IMG/VR virus record: IMGVR_UViG_3300037418_000840
Origin: a virus
Lineage: Duplodnaviria; Caudoviricetes
Length of the DNA stretch: 64,000 bases
Direction: 5' to 3' (one strand)
Part shown: positions 26,393 through 35,830 of the stretch, in pieces
Position numbering within the stretch: position 1 is the stretch's first letter
Layout of the letters: every line of letters starts with the position of its first letter
Position numbers and translations under genes: made by a program
Notes under the pieces: generated by a model
What the model was told of the DNA's origin: nothing
Databases searched by the model: none
Seen by the model: the letters and a program-made list of their open reading frames with translations, nothing else

Positions 26393-27583
26393 TTAGGCTG
26401 GATTGGCGGCGATAAAGCTCTTGAGTGCCGCATAGCGAGCAGACGCGTTTAGCGCGTACTGATCAGTAGTGATCCCCCATGGATTGCCCAACATCTGATA
26501 GCTCATCACAGCTTTGATCCCAGCCCCGCGCTTTCGATTCGCGTAGAACTGAGATAGGGCTTGCGTGTAGTACGCCGCTTGCTGCGCATCTGTCTCTTCG
26601 GGTATCCCTCCCCACTCAGTGACCATGAAAGGCACTCCATAGACCATATCGCAATAGCGTACGAGGTCATAGAGACCAGTTGCTCCGTTGCCATCAGGTG
26701 CAATGTCAAACAAGTTACCATACACCTGATAGTTGTGCCATGACGTGATATCCCATCTCACCGTGGGCTTACCCGTTGCGCCTCCTGGCTCGAGCCCGAA
26801 CCACAGAGCATCTGACGCTGCGATGTCCCCCACACAGAACAGAGCAGCGGTCAAGACCTTGTTGTTCGACGCCTTCGCCCCGTCGTTCATACCACGAATG
26901 AGGCCCCGCATCTGCGGCCAAAACGCTTGACTGAAGTCCTTCAAGTTAGAACCCATGAGGGCCGAATTGGTGATTATCTCCGGACGTCGAGTGTACTCGT
27001 TGCCGAGTTCATAGATGAGTACGCCGTAAGGACTCAAGGTTTGGACCACTCGTGCAGCCGCCCCTTCCGCATACGCATAGGCCGCGCTCTCGCTCGACCA
27101 AAGAACACCGTTCATATCGGTGAACGGCAGATCGATGCAGACGATCATGGATATACCCGATCCTTGCAGAGCTCGTGCCCAACTGGCAAGTGCTTGAAGC
27201 GACTGATCGGTCCCTTCGTACGACATGCGTATTGACGTGAGCCCAATGTCGTGCATCAGTGCAATGAGTGCTGTTGGATTGAACGGGAAATCCCAGTGAG
27301 CATTGATTCCATAGAAGAGATGGTCCAGAACCGCTGCTCGAGGATCAGGTGTCGCATGCCACGTACAGGCCACCGGATCCCATCCATAGTAATCGCCGCT
27401 AGTGTTCTTGTGATAGACGGTGCCACCGTACCACAAAAGAGAGGCCGCGTTGTACGATCCCCCAGCACGAACCCCATTGCATAATACCCAAGCATTCGCG
27501 TCGGGACTGATGGTCCATACTTGTCCCGACGCATCGGTTAGACCTTGACTCGTTTTAAACGTGGCACCACTGATGCTAGTCAT
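26393..27583 (-). CDS. clan GH-A glycoside hydrolase with a small N-terminal module
   Basis: YELGNEY (acid/base) and FMVTEWG (nucleophile); DITSWHNY. Confidence 0.8.
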   Translation of the reverse strand: MTSISGATFKTSQGLTDASGQVWTISPDANAWVLCNGVRAGGSYNAASLLWYGGTVYHKNTSGDYYGWDPVACTWHATPDPRAAVLDHLFYGINAHWDFPFNPTALIALMHDIGLTSIRMSYEGTDQSLQALASWARALQGSGISMIVCIDLPFTDMNGVLWSSESAAYAYAEGAAARVVQTLSPYGVLIYELGNEYTRRPEIITNSALMGSNLKDFSQAFWPQMRGLIRGMNDGAKASNNKVLTAALFCVGDIAASDALWFGLEPGGATGKPTVRWDITSWHNYQVYGNLFDIAPDGNGATGLYDLVRYCDMVYGVPFMVTEWGGIPEETDAQQAAYYTQALSQFYANRKRGAGIKAVMSYQMLGNPWGITTDQYALNASARYAALKSFIAANPA

Positions 27584-27679
27584 GCTATCAACTCTCCATT
27601 GAAGTAAGACCCCGGTTGGTCGCGAGCTCTTGCTCTTGGTTAGTTGTTGTTATTCGATACGACTAGACGAAGTAGACAG

Positions 27680-28027
27680 CTATGTACAAACTTCGGGAGG
27701 TAACTCCCATCCATCAGCGCCCTTTATGGCATTTGCCTCCAGCCACGTCCGCGCTTCTTTTATGAGCGCGTCTAAATCGTCTAGATAGAGAGACGACAGT
27801 CCTCTGCCTAGTAGAGTTCCCCATTCTCCATGCTCTTCGCACAGAATACGGAACTGTAAAAAGCAGTGATCACGGCCTGAACCACGACGAGACAGGGCGA
27901 TGCCTAATGAGGCACCGAGAAAGGCCACTTCGTAGTCCAGTTCATTGACGAATTGCCGATGATGCGAAGCCCGCCTTGTACTACGGCGTTCTACGATTAG
28001 TTGTTGACCTTTGACGACCATCACCAT
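27680..28027 (-). CDS. hypothetical protein
   Basis: ORF tiling; no motif. Confidence 0.5.
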   Translation of the reverse strand: MVMVVKGQQLIVERRSTRRASHHRQFVNELDYEVAFLGASLGIALSRRGSGRDHCFLQFRILCEEHGEWGTLLGRGLSSLYLDDLDALIKEARTWLEANAIKGADGWELPPEVCT

Positions 28028-28434
28028 CTTGAGTTCTCCGGTTGAATTGCAGTCGGAACCACGACGTAGACTTTGTCCACTACGTCACGGGACGGGATAC
28101 AAAACCCATTGGACGCGCTCAGTCCAATGCGGAACACCATTGCTTGACTTCCCCGCGCTGCATAGTTGCATTTCAAACGGGCGAACAACAGGTGACCATC
28201 CGGTACTTCAGACAAATCCGTGGGGAAAGCAAAATGCTGACACGGCTTGATCACCTGCTTGGTCTCCTCGATCATGAAGCCGTCACATGACCGAAGTATT
28301 CCATCCGGTAGGATGGACAGTCTTATCCGTGCAGCCACGCCACACGTGTCGACCACAATAGCGTGATGCTCAGGTAGAGGATCTGCCCTTGCGCTGGGAC
28401 TTTCCCCTTTTGGGAAGAATGTGTCTAATCTCAT
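28021..28434 (-). CDS. hypothetical protein
   Basis: Probable start MRLDTFFPK. Confidence 0.45.
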   Translation of the reverse strand: MRLDTFFPKGESPSARADPLPEHHAIVVDTCGVAARIRLSILPDGILRSCDGFMIEETKQVIKPCQHFAFPTDLSEVPDGHLLFARLKCNYAARGSQAMVFRIGLSASNGFCIPSRDVVDKVYVVVPTAIQPENSRW

Positions 28435-28741
28435 TACGTCGCTCCCTTGAATACTGTCCACCCTCGGACAGTTGGAGGGCGAACGTTCTACACACTTCAT
28501 CGTCCTTGACACGTCGTTCAACGCGGACAAGCTGAGACAGGCTAGTGCCGAATCCTGATTCAGCCACTTGATATAGTCGATGATCCTCAGGTGAGAGGAT
28601 CCAAAACGTCGGACCTACGCCGCCAAGGCTATGACGTAAGCGAGTTCTCGCTACTGCTATGATACGACCGGCAGGCAACCGCAAGAAGTCGATCTTCAAT
28701 CGCGCTCTATACCAGTCGTGATCGCCGTCAGGAATTTTCAT
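28370..28741 (-). CDS. hypothetical protein
   Basis: Overlap-coupled to the upstream gene. Confidence 0.5.
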   Translation of the reverse strand: MKIPDGDHDWYRARLKIDFLRLPAGRIIAVARTRLRHSLGGVGPTFWILSPEDHRLYQVAESGFGTSLSQLVRVERRVKDDEVCRTFALQLSEGGQYSRERRNEIRHILPKRGKSQRKGRSST

Positions 28742-29273
28742 CCGGGTCAGGAATCGAGTAGGGGTTCGTCGGTTCGAACTTCTTCAATCCGAGTAGAGAC
28801 AGAGCCTGCGTATCCGGATTGACCGGCACCTTGTATTCCGGGGTCACCGTGAACATACGGTGTCCCAGATCTTGGTTCAAGGCACGAAGCGCCTGTCGCA
28901 TCTTGGGCCGTTGATCCGGATAGATGTCGTCCATGATGATCACCCACTGGATCTCCATGTAGGGGATCATGCGGGTAAAGTCATGGACATTCTTGTACTC
29001 TATATAGCGCACAACCTTTGCCGATTTCTGCGCCTCACGCGCCGCGTCACGCCATAGATTGTGGACCGGCGTCGGCGCTATGATAACGACCGGACTGTTG
29101 AGGTTGACCGGCGGTCGCGTCTCAAGAACCTCGAACACCGAGCGAAGACTTTCTATACGTGTCTCCCGTGTCCCCGGTTCGAACACGTTATTGACGGGCA
29201 GCATAGCCTTCGGGTTGTTGATCTGTGTCAACAGCGGAGCTCCCTTCTTATAGGCGGGTTTGCCGTGGCTCAT
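28728..29273 (-). CDS. hypothetical protein
   Basis: Probable start MSHGKPAY (GGAGG RBS). Confidence 0.65.
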   Translation of the reverse strand: MSHGKPAYKKGAPLLTQINNPKAMLPVNNVFEPGTRETRIESLRSVFEVLETRPPVNLNSPVVIIAPTPVHNLWRDAAREAQKSAKVVRYIEYKNVHDFTRMIPYMEIQWVIIMDDIYPDQRPKMRQALRALNQDLGHRMFTVTPEYKVPVNPDTQALSLLGLKKFEPTNPYSIPDPDENS

Positions 29274-29481
29274 TGTTGCCTCCAAAGACAGTGGGATTAC
29301 GACGATTGAACAACCAGAATGTGAAACCAAATGCTGCAAATGTGAGAACGAACCAGACGATGCCGTAACCAATGCCGTAGGCGACAGCGTCAACCAAAGT
29401 GAAGCCTTCGCTGCGGGCTTGAACTGCGTATATCCCAGCGACGATGAGGAACGGTACAAGATGCAAGAGATGGCGCTTCAT
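29248..29481 (-). CDS. small membrane protein
   Basis: Two hydrophobic segments. Confidence 0.6.
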   Translation of the reverse strand: MKRHLLHLVPFLIVAGIYAVQARSEGFTLVDAVAYGIGYGIVWFVLTFAAFGFTFWLFNRRNPTVFGGNNEPRQTRL

Positions 29482-29495
29482 TCAAATTGCTCCTC

Positions 29496-29669
29496 TCAAT
29501 GACGGGTCAGTGACCTGCGGATTTGGGCCGCACGGCCAACGAAGAACAGTGCGGTCTGCTTTAGGTGAAGTCGTGCGTCAAGCGTCTGGGCTTTGGCTAT
29601 GAGCCGTCGCGCTTGAGCGGCTCGAAACATGGCTTCGTCCCAGGACGGGCAGTTGATAAAGCGTCCCAC
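29496..29669 (-). CDS. small hypothetical protein (57 aa)
   Basis: My translation MGRFINCPSWDEAMF...; fills the gap, below the track cutoff. Confidence 0.45.
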   Translation of the reverse strand: MGRFINCPSWDEAMFRAAQARRLIAKAQTLDARLHLKQTALFFVGRAAQIRRSLTRH

Positions 29670-29912
29670 TTACGAAACCCCCTTAAAGGTCACCAACGCT
29701 TTGACGAAAGCGGCCCGCGCATCATTGCGATGATTCCGCTCTTTCTCAGTTACGTGACATTCGGCTGCTGCCGCCCGCAACGATGCGTCGGCTTTGAGAT
29801 AGGCGTCCAGCGCGTCGGCCACCTGTTCAGCTTGCTGTTCAGCACTTTGACGCCGGCGCTCACGCTGTTCCTGCAAGCCATGCTGAAATTCACGAGATAA
29901 CTCTTTGTTCAC
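29670..29912 (-). CDS. small coiled-coil protein
   Basis: Q/E/R/A-rich helical sequence; GGAG RBS. Confidence 0.6.
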   Translation of the reverse strand: MNKELSREFQHGLQEQRERRRQSAEQQAEQVADALDAYLKADASLRAAAAECHVTEKERNHRNDARAAFVKALVTFKGVS

Positions 29913-29929
29913 GGAACACTCCGAGAGTG

Positions 29930-30076
29930 TTAGTGTTTGGTCAAATCGATAGTCCGTGACGGACCACGACTACGGATGCGATGGATGAGGCGACGGCGCT
30001 CACGCGCCAGATACGTGAAGAGGGCCGTCATGCCCACTATGTACGCAATGATGAGGACCCATCCAAACCACTTCAT
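29930..30076 (-). CDS. small membrane protein (48 aa)
   Basis: My translation MKWFGWVLIIAYIVGMTALFTYLARERRR...; AGAAGGA RBS. Confidence 0.6.
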   Translation of the reverse strand: MKWFGWVLIIAYIVGMTALFTYLARERRRLIHRIRSRGPSRTIDLTKH

Positions 30077-30117
30077 GTTGTCTATCCTTCTAACAATGGG
30101 ATCATGAACGTCAGTTG

Positions 30118-30405
30118 TCAGCTACGTCCGCCGAACACGCAATTGACCATCATGCTGTGCAACATAGCAACAGGAGGCGCGCGACGCGCATCGAACACGA
30201 CGTTCGTACCTACCACTTGTGGGACAGGCACATTCATGAGTTCCTCGAGATCTGCGACATCGTCATAGTGATGAATCAATCTTTGGATTCGTTTCACTTC
30301 TTCCTCGGCAGAAGTGCGGGCCATGCTGGGCTCCCACGTGGCGAGCTCGTTGCTCACGGCAACCAATCCGGTCTTGACTGCGGCGATATGTTCAGCAAGT
30401 GTCAT
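30118..30405 (-). CDS. hypothetical protein
   Basis: Probable start MTLAEHIAA. Confidence 0.55.
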   Translation of the reverse strand: MTLAEHIAAVKTGLVAVSNELATWEPSMARTSAEEEVKRIQRLIHHYDDVADLEELMNVPVPQVVGTNVVFDARRAPPVAMLHSMMVNCVFGGRS

Positions 30406-30540
30406 CTTTGAAATCTCACGTATGGGGGTCGATGGCCGGATTTTCACCGGCAGTCCTTTATTGCGCAGTGGTTCCCTCAAACCGAGGATTAGGGACTGCA
30501 CACTTCAACGCTCGCGTTGCCCGCACCGACCATTGATGGT

Positions 30541-30849
30541 TTACAACTCACCTCGAGCTATCATCTCAGTGGCCTTGGCATCCACTGCCGCGAAATCCCA
30601 CTTCTTGCGGCGATGATATTCTCGGATGTGATATTCCGCACTAGGGTCCGAGCGGAAGGTCCGGGTTATGAGTTCGTGATTGCGTCGCCCCTGATCATAA
30701 CCGAATTCGGAGGCCGCACGATGCTCGGCGTCAAGTCGAATGGTTGACGGCGCGGGATCACCGGCTACCGCCGCATCGTAGGCCGCACTGTATTCGTCTT
30801 CCTTCGTGTCCTTCGGAACATGCCGAGTGTTAAGGTCTACGCCACGCAT
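30541..30849 (-). CDS. hypothetical protein
   Basis: ORF tiling. Confidence 0.55.
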   Translation of the reverse strand: MRGVDLNTRHVPKDTKEDEYSAAYDAAVAGDPAPSTIRLDAEHRAASEFGYDQGRRNHELITRTFRSDPSAEYHIREYHRRKKWDFAAVDAKATEMIARGEL

Positions 30850-30851
30850 GA

Positions 30852-31043
30852 TCAGTTCCGCTCCTTAGACGATTGGTTGTTGGATGCCTTCTCGAAAGCC
30901 GCGTTGACTTCTTCAAGGCTGTTGAACTTGTGGCAGATCGCGCATTCCTGGCCGATTGGCCGATCGCCGGCCATGACTGGGAAATACACATGGTCACATT
31001 GACGGGGCTTGGCCGTCAACAAATCACGTAGGTACTTAAACAT
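30852..31043 (-). CDS. small Zn-ribbon-like protein
   Basis: CDH...CAIC. Confidence 0.55.
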   Translation of the reverse strand: MFKYLRDLLTAKPRQCDHVYFPVMAGDRPIGQECAICHKFNSLEEVNAAFEKASNNQSSKERN

Positions 31044-31465
31044 TATGAACGCCTCTTCAGTTCGCCACGCTTCATTGCTTGAAACTCAGACTCACTGAGC
31101 AACATGAGTCCACCCTTGTTGTACCCAATGTCGACGCGTTTCTGCACTTCACGTGTGCGCGCCTGTGCTGCTTGATCACGGGCCTCCATCTCAGGACTGA
31201 GAGAAGGTTTGTTCTTCACCGTCTTTCCGGTGAAACGTTCGGTCTCATCGCCAGCGTGCGACACCGGTTTGGCCAGCGCATAGACCGGTATCTTGCGGGC
31301 CTGAAACGCCTCTTCAACCTCAGGACTGCGTTTGGTCCGCGCGAATCCAGTGGTCATCGTCTTCAATTTGACGGCTCGTTTGGCGACCACCTCGGCATCG
31401 ATCGCTGCTTGTCGCTTGAGATGCTCACGCTTACGAGCCGCCTTTGCCTTTGACTTCAAAGACAT
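31043..31465 (-). CDS. basic hypothetical protein
   Basis: K/R-rich; ends IGYNKGGL; GGAGG RBS. Confidence 0.7.
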   Translation of the reverse strand: MSLKSKAKAARKREHLKRQAAIDAEVVAKRAVKLKTMTTGFARTKRSPEVEEAFQARKIPVYALAKPVSHAGDETERFTGKTVKNKPSLSPEMEARDQAAQARTREVQKRVDIGYNKGGLMLLSESEFQAMKRGELKRRS

Positions 31466-31504
31466 TGCCCAGCCTCCTTGGTGTTCATGGGGCTCTCCAG
31501 GATA

Positions 31505-32065
31505 TTACTTGCGGAACAAGAGTTCGTAGTCGGCGTCCTCGACACGAACTAGGCCGATGGCTCGGGCCTTGCCGCTACGTTCGATCTCTTTACGATCCAC
31601 GTACACATAGCCCGGCCGCAGATCTTGCCGTTCGGTGCCGTTCCAGCCGACGTTCACATTGTCGGCAACGCGCACGTGAGTGCGACCCGGAGTCAACATT
31701 CGATTCTCACCATTGTACCGAGCGCTGGCCGTCGTGCAACACATTGAGCCATAGCATTCGAATCCCCAATGATGGACCAAGACATCATCAGGGGTCACCA
31801 CACGGATCAACACGGCAATCATATTGCCGAAGTCATAGTGGCCTTCGGCCGAGCGACGAAACAACGGTCGTGTCATCATGACAGACACAGGTTTCCCAAC
31901 CGCAGGTATCGGAGTCCCGCGTTCGAAGAAGCACAGTTGCTTCCCGATTCGGGCAACTACTTCGCCCGGTCGCTTTGGTGACCAGTCGGGGACTACAACG
32001 AGTTGCGGTTCGGCGCCACAGCCGCCGTCGACGGCTGCAGGATTTGCAAGAGCAGGAGTGCTCAT
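31505..32065 (-). CDS. hypothetical protein
   Basis: GAGGA RBS; HHWGFECYGSMCCT. Confidence 0.65.
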   Translation of the reverse strand: MSTPALANPAAVDGGCGAEPQLVVVPDWSPKRPGEVVARIGKQLCFFERGTPIPAVGKPVSVMMTRPLFRRSAEGHYDFGNMIAVLIRVVTPDDVLVHHWGFECYGSMCCTTASARYNGENRMLTPGRTHVRVADNVNVGWNGTERQDLRPGYVYVDRKEIERSGKARAIGLVRVEDADYELLFRK

Positions 32066-32101
32066 AGGTTCCTCATTGATTAGAGACCGGGTCTCGTAGC
32101 T

Positions 32102-32239
32102 TTAGACGAAGAGATGAATCAGGGCCATGATCTTGGCCGGGAGCGGATCGCTGCCCGTTGCCAACACGGCCATAGCGGCAAAGACGGCACCAATCGCACA
32201 TGCACCAACGAAGCCGAGTTGATTACGAATCGCATTCAT
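32102..32239 (-). CDS. small membrane peptide (45 aa)
   Basis: My translation MNAIRNQLGFVGACAIGAVFAAMAVL...; AAGGAG RBS. Confidence 0.6.
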   Translation of the reverse strand: MNAIRNQLGFVGACAIGAVFAAMAVLATGSDPLPAKIMALIHLFV

Positions 32240-32277
32240 GATTAGACTCCTTGAGTCGAAACTTGGTTTTAAGACGA

Positions 32278-32301
32278 CAAGGGGGAACCCGAAGGTTCCC
32301 C
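32278..32301 (-). terminator. intrinsic terminator
   Basis: GGGGAACC-TTCG-GGTTCCCC followed by a short T run. Confidence 0.7.
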
Positions 32302-32311
32302 GACTGCTAAC

Positions 32312-32707
32312 TTACTTTTGAATTATGGACAGGCCGAAGGTGCGGCCCGAACCCCAGAGCATGAGTCCCCTGGATCCTATAACGAACAAGGTGAAACGGT
32401 CCATGCCATCGGTGTTCGCTGCTAGGATGACCCCATCATTTGCCGTCGTGTACGACAAGAGACGAAGGAACGCATCGCCGTAAGACCCGCGAAGTATGAG
32501 CTCGATCGCCCGCCCTCCGAACTCTTCATGAGACGAATCGTATTCAGAGGACACTGGGGTCAACCCCAGATCACGAGCAAACGCGATTCCGGCCTTCATC
32601 AGGAAGAGATGCTCGCGCTCTTCGCGCTCTTCCTCGCGGATCAAGGACTCCACGTAAGCGCGGCGGCCGCGCATCTGGTTTTTGGTTGCCGTACTACTGT
32701 TTGCCAT
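32312..32707 (-). CDS. hypothetical early protein
   Basis: Start reassigned to MANSSTAT, directly after the conserved RBS hairpin. Confidence 0.7.
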   Translation of the reverse strand: MANSSTATKNQMRGRRAYVESLIREEEREEREHLFLMKAGIAFARDLGLTPVSSEYDSSHEEFGGRAIELILRGSYGDAFLRLLSYTTANDGVILAANTDGMDRFTLFVIGSRGLMLWGSGRTFGLSIIQK

Positions 32708-32711
32708 AGCT

Positions 32712-32728
32712 AACCCTTTCGGTAGGTT
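32712..32728 (-). promoter_or_regulatory. conserved RBS hairpin (AACC-UACCGAAAG-GGUU)
   Basis: One of seven copies with a covarying stem. Confidence 0.75.
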
Positions 32729-32761
32729 GCGTGGTTGATGGATGCGCTTTGGGCGCACCTT

Positions 32762-32814
32762 ATTATACCACACAGCGCAAACGCGCAAGGACCGACTGTT
32801 GCGTAAAAACAACA
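32762..32814 (-). promoter_or_regulatory. extended -10 promoter with upstream TGTTG-N8-CAACA dyad
   Basis: TGGTATAAT; TTGCGC 15 nt upstream; dyad at 32797-32814. Confidence 0.8.
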
Positions 32815-32842
32815 CTCAAACGGGTCCGTAGACCAAGACTCC

Positions 32843-33238
32843 CTAGCCAAATTTTCGCTTACGAGCTCGTTTGGCAGGAGCCATGATCATGGTGTCGGAA
32901 CGCGTCAGGTTGCGTGCAAACTCACACGCCAGGAGCCATCCACTAACGATAGGGGCGAAGCGGGCGATAGGCGACGCCAGATCGTCAGCGAAGTGCGGGT
33001 CGATCCTACTATCAGCCGTCTTCTCGAGTTCTGCAAACGATGTGAACCCGCGATAGACCATGATCTTGCGGCCTTCGAAGTTCTTCGCGTCAGGGTACTC
33101 GACTTCAACCACAAGGACGGGGAACTGGCCGGTGTACAGTTCCTCACGGATCAGCCTGTAATTCGCTGGATCAGGTGCCGAGTTGGGCACTGCGTAGGGG
33201 CTGCTAGTGCAATTCTTGATTGGTGAGAGACCCATCAC
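32843..33238 (-). CDS. hypothetical protein
   Basis: YPDAKNFEGRKI...DPHF...SPIARFAP. Confidence 0.65.
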   Translation of the reverse strand: MMGLSPIKNCTSSPYAVPNSAPDPANYRLIREELYTGQFPVLVVEVEYPDAKNFEGRKIMVYRGFTSFAELEKTADSRIDPHFADDLASPIARFAPIVSGWLLACEFARNLTRSDTMIMAPAKRARKRKFG

Positions 33239-33759
33239 GGCTCCTGTTTGAGATGGTCAACATCGTAGACATAGCGAGCACCACCGTGACGAGGTGACGC
33301 CGATAGCCACGGGCCGATGTTGGCAAATGTTTGAAAGCGTTCTTCGTTTCGATTGTCGACCTGACCCAAGGGCACGCGTCCAGGCAACGAGTCAATGTCA
33401 CAATGGGCAAGCACCCAGCAAAGTCCACGCTCGGTCAACTGATAGACAGGCGACGCGTATTCTTGTGGAGGACCTCCTCGTATCGAGTAGCTGACGGGTG
33501 TCCGCCGCACTATCGTTAGATAACCCCGATGGGCCGCCATACGAACGCACAGTGAGACGTTGGTTCCCCGTCGTTCACGGCCAGTCCAGATGTGGCTGAA
33601 CGTAATTGGGGCCACTCGTATAAGATCGCGTGACTGAAGACCGCGTTCACTGTACGAAACGTTTCCTCTATACGCAGGATAGTAGACAAAGGCGGCCAAC
33701 ACCACACGAAGACGGACATCAGTATCCGGACCGACGACGGGGTTCGCGCGTCTACCCAT
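33235..33759 (-). CDS. hypothetical protein (possible winged-helix)
   Basis: Overlap-coupled; YQLTERG wing-like ending. Confidence 0.5.
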   Translation of the reverse strand: MGRRANPVVGPDTDVRLRVVLAAFVYYPAYRGNVSYSERGLQSRDLIRVAPITFSHIWTGRERRGTNVSLCVRMAAHRGYLTIVRRTPVSYSIRGGPPQEYASPVYQLTERGLCWVLAHCDIDSLPGRVPLGQVDNRNEERFQTFANIGPWLSASPRHGGARYVYDVDHLKQEP

Positions 33760-34480
33760 GTTGGCCTCCGTTGGAGAAGTAGAAGGACATGGCGTTCATC
33801 ATGTTGTCTTTGTTCAGTTCGGGAGCACACGCGTAGTCTTTCGCCAGATCCAAAGCCTTTTCATGAACTGCGATATCGGACAGGGCTACCGTGTGTAGCT
33901 TGTGCAACTGCTTGACCTTGTCACGCATCGTAAGGGCAAGCGGCGATTCCTCGAACGAGAAGCCAGTCTTGTGTTTGAAACGACGAAGCATGCTCTCGTA
34001 GCGAGAGATCTCCCGCTGCCAATCGGTGCGCATCCTGCGAATGTTCTCGATACCGCGCCGCAGATTTTCCTTGACGTCGACCACTGGATCATACATGTCT
34101 ATGTGGATTGGTATCTCTTCTGCCTTGGCCACTTCGTTGATCACTGACATGAAAACGGTGTGTACCAAGTCTTCAGCCATTCCATCGATCTCAGTTTGAG
34201 CCGGCTGTCGCGTCCCCGTCTTGTCGTAGTACTCGCGCTTGAACTTGTCGCTCAAATGCTCGTACGCCTCCTTGATCCGTTTAAACTTCTCGGCCGCGTC
34301 AGGATCACGACATTGATCTGGATGGTACTTCATGGCCGCAGCACGATACGCCTTCTTGATCTGCGCAGGTGTAGCCGTGCTGTCAATGCCGAGAATTGCG
34401 TACAGGTCCTCGGAAGTCGGATCTGGATCCAGATCAGGTTTAACCTCCGACAAAGCACTTACGCGAACGATGTTTCCCAC
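33752..34480 (-). CDS. J-domain (DnaJ-like) protein
   Basis: DLYAILGI...[15 protein letters not shown]...[13 protein letters not shown]. Confidence 0.9.
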   Translation of the reverse strand: MGNIVRVSALSEVKPDLDPDPTSEDLYAILGIDSTATPAQIKKAYRAAAMKYHPDQCRDPDAAEKFKRIKEAYEHLSDKFKREYYDKTGTRQPAQTEIDGMAEDLVHTVFMSVINEVAKAEEIPIHIDMYDPVVDVKENLRRGIENIRRMRTDWQREISRYESMLRRFKHKTGFSFEESPLALTMRDKVKQLHKLHTVALSDIAVHEKALDLAKDYACAPELNKDNMMNAMSFYFSNGGQHG

Positions 34481-34591
34481 GAGGGATTCCCCTTCGATGA
34501 TTAAGGACCGTCTGGTCCTGGCTTATGTGGAAGTAGGGGACCATCCGTCTGGAAGGCCCCCTACTGGAATATCTGTTATGACTTCAATGCT

Positions 34592-34599
34592 TATTTACT
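34592..34599 (-). promoter_or_regulatory. AGTAAATA promoter-like motif
   Basis: AT-rich intergenic gap upstream of the J-domain gene; hairpin at about 34533-34564. Confidence 0.5.
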
Positions 34600-34701
34600 G
34601 CTCAAGGAATGTGTGGTGCTATGGTAGTCCAGTACCATACTGAAAATGAGCCTAGGATCAAAAGCGTTGCACACCAGCAAATGAAGTTCCTCATGATGAT
34701 C

Positions 34702-35313
34702 TCACCACTTCATCCACGGACCGCGTGGAAAGCGCTCACTGAAGGGTGACCAGCTATCAGGCTTAGGGTCAACGAATCGCCATTCAAGGCTAAACGGCGT
34801 CTTGTCGTAGCTTTCATAGACGCATATCCGCGCAGCGTCTTCGTCTTCGGCACGCACTGCCGCACAGACAGTGCTTCCGTTCTCGGTAGTCCCTGAGTAC
34901 CACCAAGGACTGTGGAGTTCAAACGTGCCGTGGCCCTTGGTCTGCACCCACGAAATCCAGAAGGCTTTCAAGCCACTAGAGAAGTCCTCGACCGCCGCAG
35001 TGAACACCATATCACGGAAGTCAACAGGGACCTTCACGTTGTGGACCGCCACGTAATGACTGAAGCCCGAAGGCCATACGAATCCACGATGCGTGAACTC
35101 AGCACAGCCGTTGCCCTGACCACAGATACGACACCGGGAGATCCCACGATAGCGTTCTGCCTTGTTCAGGCGTTCAAGGTTGACTTCTACGCGACGAAGT
35201 GAGGCCAGGAACGGACCCTGACCTTCTTCAGGGGTGTCCTGCGCCACGGGCATTGGCAGATCAGGCTCGGTCGTCGACCGCCAGAAACCTACTCGTTGTG
35301 GTTTGTCCATCAC
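34702..35313 (-). CDS. two-domain hypothetical protein
   Basis: N-part YRGISRCRICG...WPSGFSHYVAVHNV; C-part WWYSG...EWRF. Confidence 0.7.
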   Translation of the reverse strand: MMDKPQRVGFWRSTTEPDLPMPVAQDTPEEGQGPFLASLRRVEVNLERLNKAERYRGISRCRICGQGNGCAEFTHRGFVWPSGFSHYVAVHNVKVPVDFRDMVFTAAVEDFSSGLKAFWISWVQTKGHGTFELHSPWWYSGTTENGSTVCAAVRAEDEDAARICVYESYDKTPFSLEWRFVDPKPDSWSPFSERFPRGPWMKW

Positions 35314-35825
35314 GTACCTCGCTTGATGATTTTACCGTCGATGATCTTGTCGCCCCAATCCAAGCCGATCTTGTGACCATCCACGTACTCGTTATAGTTG
35401 GGGTAGATCGCGTGCTTAACGTCGATCATATAGGTTGCAAAGTCGTGACGTCTTTCACCAAAACGGCGAACGATACGATGCGTCCCATCGATCAACAGGT
35501 GGTGCATTGTTGCCGTTCCTGCACCGTAGACCAAGACCATTGCAGGATCGTGTTCCCAACTCTCCTTGGGTAGGTCACGCACGCGATTAACGTCGATCAC
35601 ACGATCGGTCAACAGTTTGCCGATCACGTCAGAAATGCGAACATGCTCAACAGGTGCCAACGACGGATTGGCCTTAGCCCAGGTGCGCATGGCCGTCACG
35701 TCGAAAACTGTGACTGGACCATCATCAGGGTAGTAAGTGAAGCACTCGTGGAGTGCTCCGCTGTCGGCATTACGTTGAACCAACGCCATGATCTGACTCT
35801 TGGTCAGTTGATTATCGTTGCTCAT
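35310..35825 (-). CDS. ParB/Srx-like domain protein
   Basis: Probable start MSNDNQ; LLIDGTHR motif. Confidence 0.5.
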   Translation of the reverse strand: MSNDNQLTKSQIMALVQRNADSGALHECFTYYPDDGPVTVFDVTAMRTWAKANPSLAPVEHVRISDVIGKLLTDRVIDVNRVRDLPKESWEHDPAMVLVYGAGTATMHHLLIDGTHRIVRRFGERRHDFATYMIDVKHAIYPNYNEYVDGHKIGLDWGDKIIDGKIIKRGT

Positions 35826-35830
35826 GATGC

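Noticed and set aside
29496-29669. FRAAQARRLIA as another leader copy
   Set aside because: Spacing does not fit LxAAxRL and the gene is outside the module
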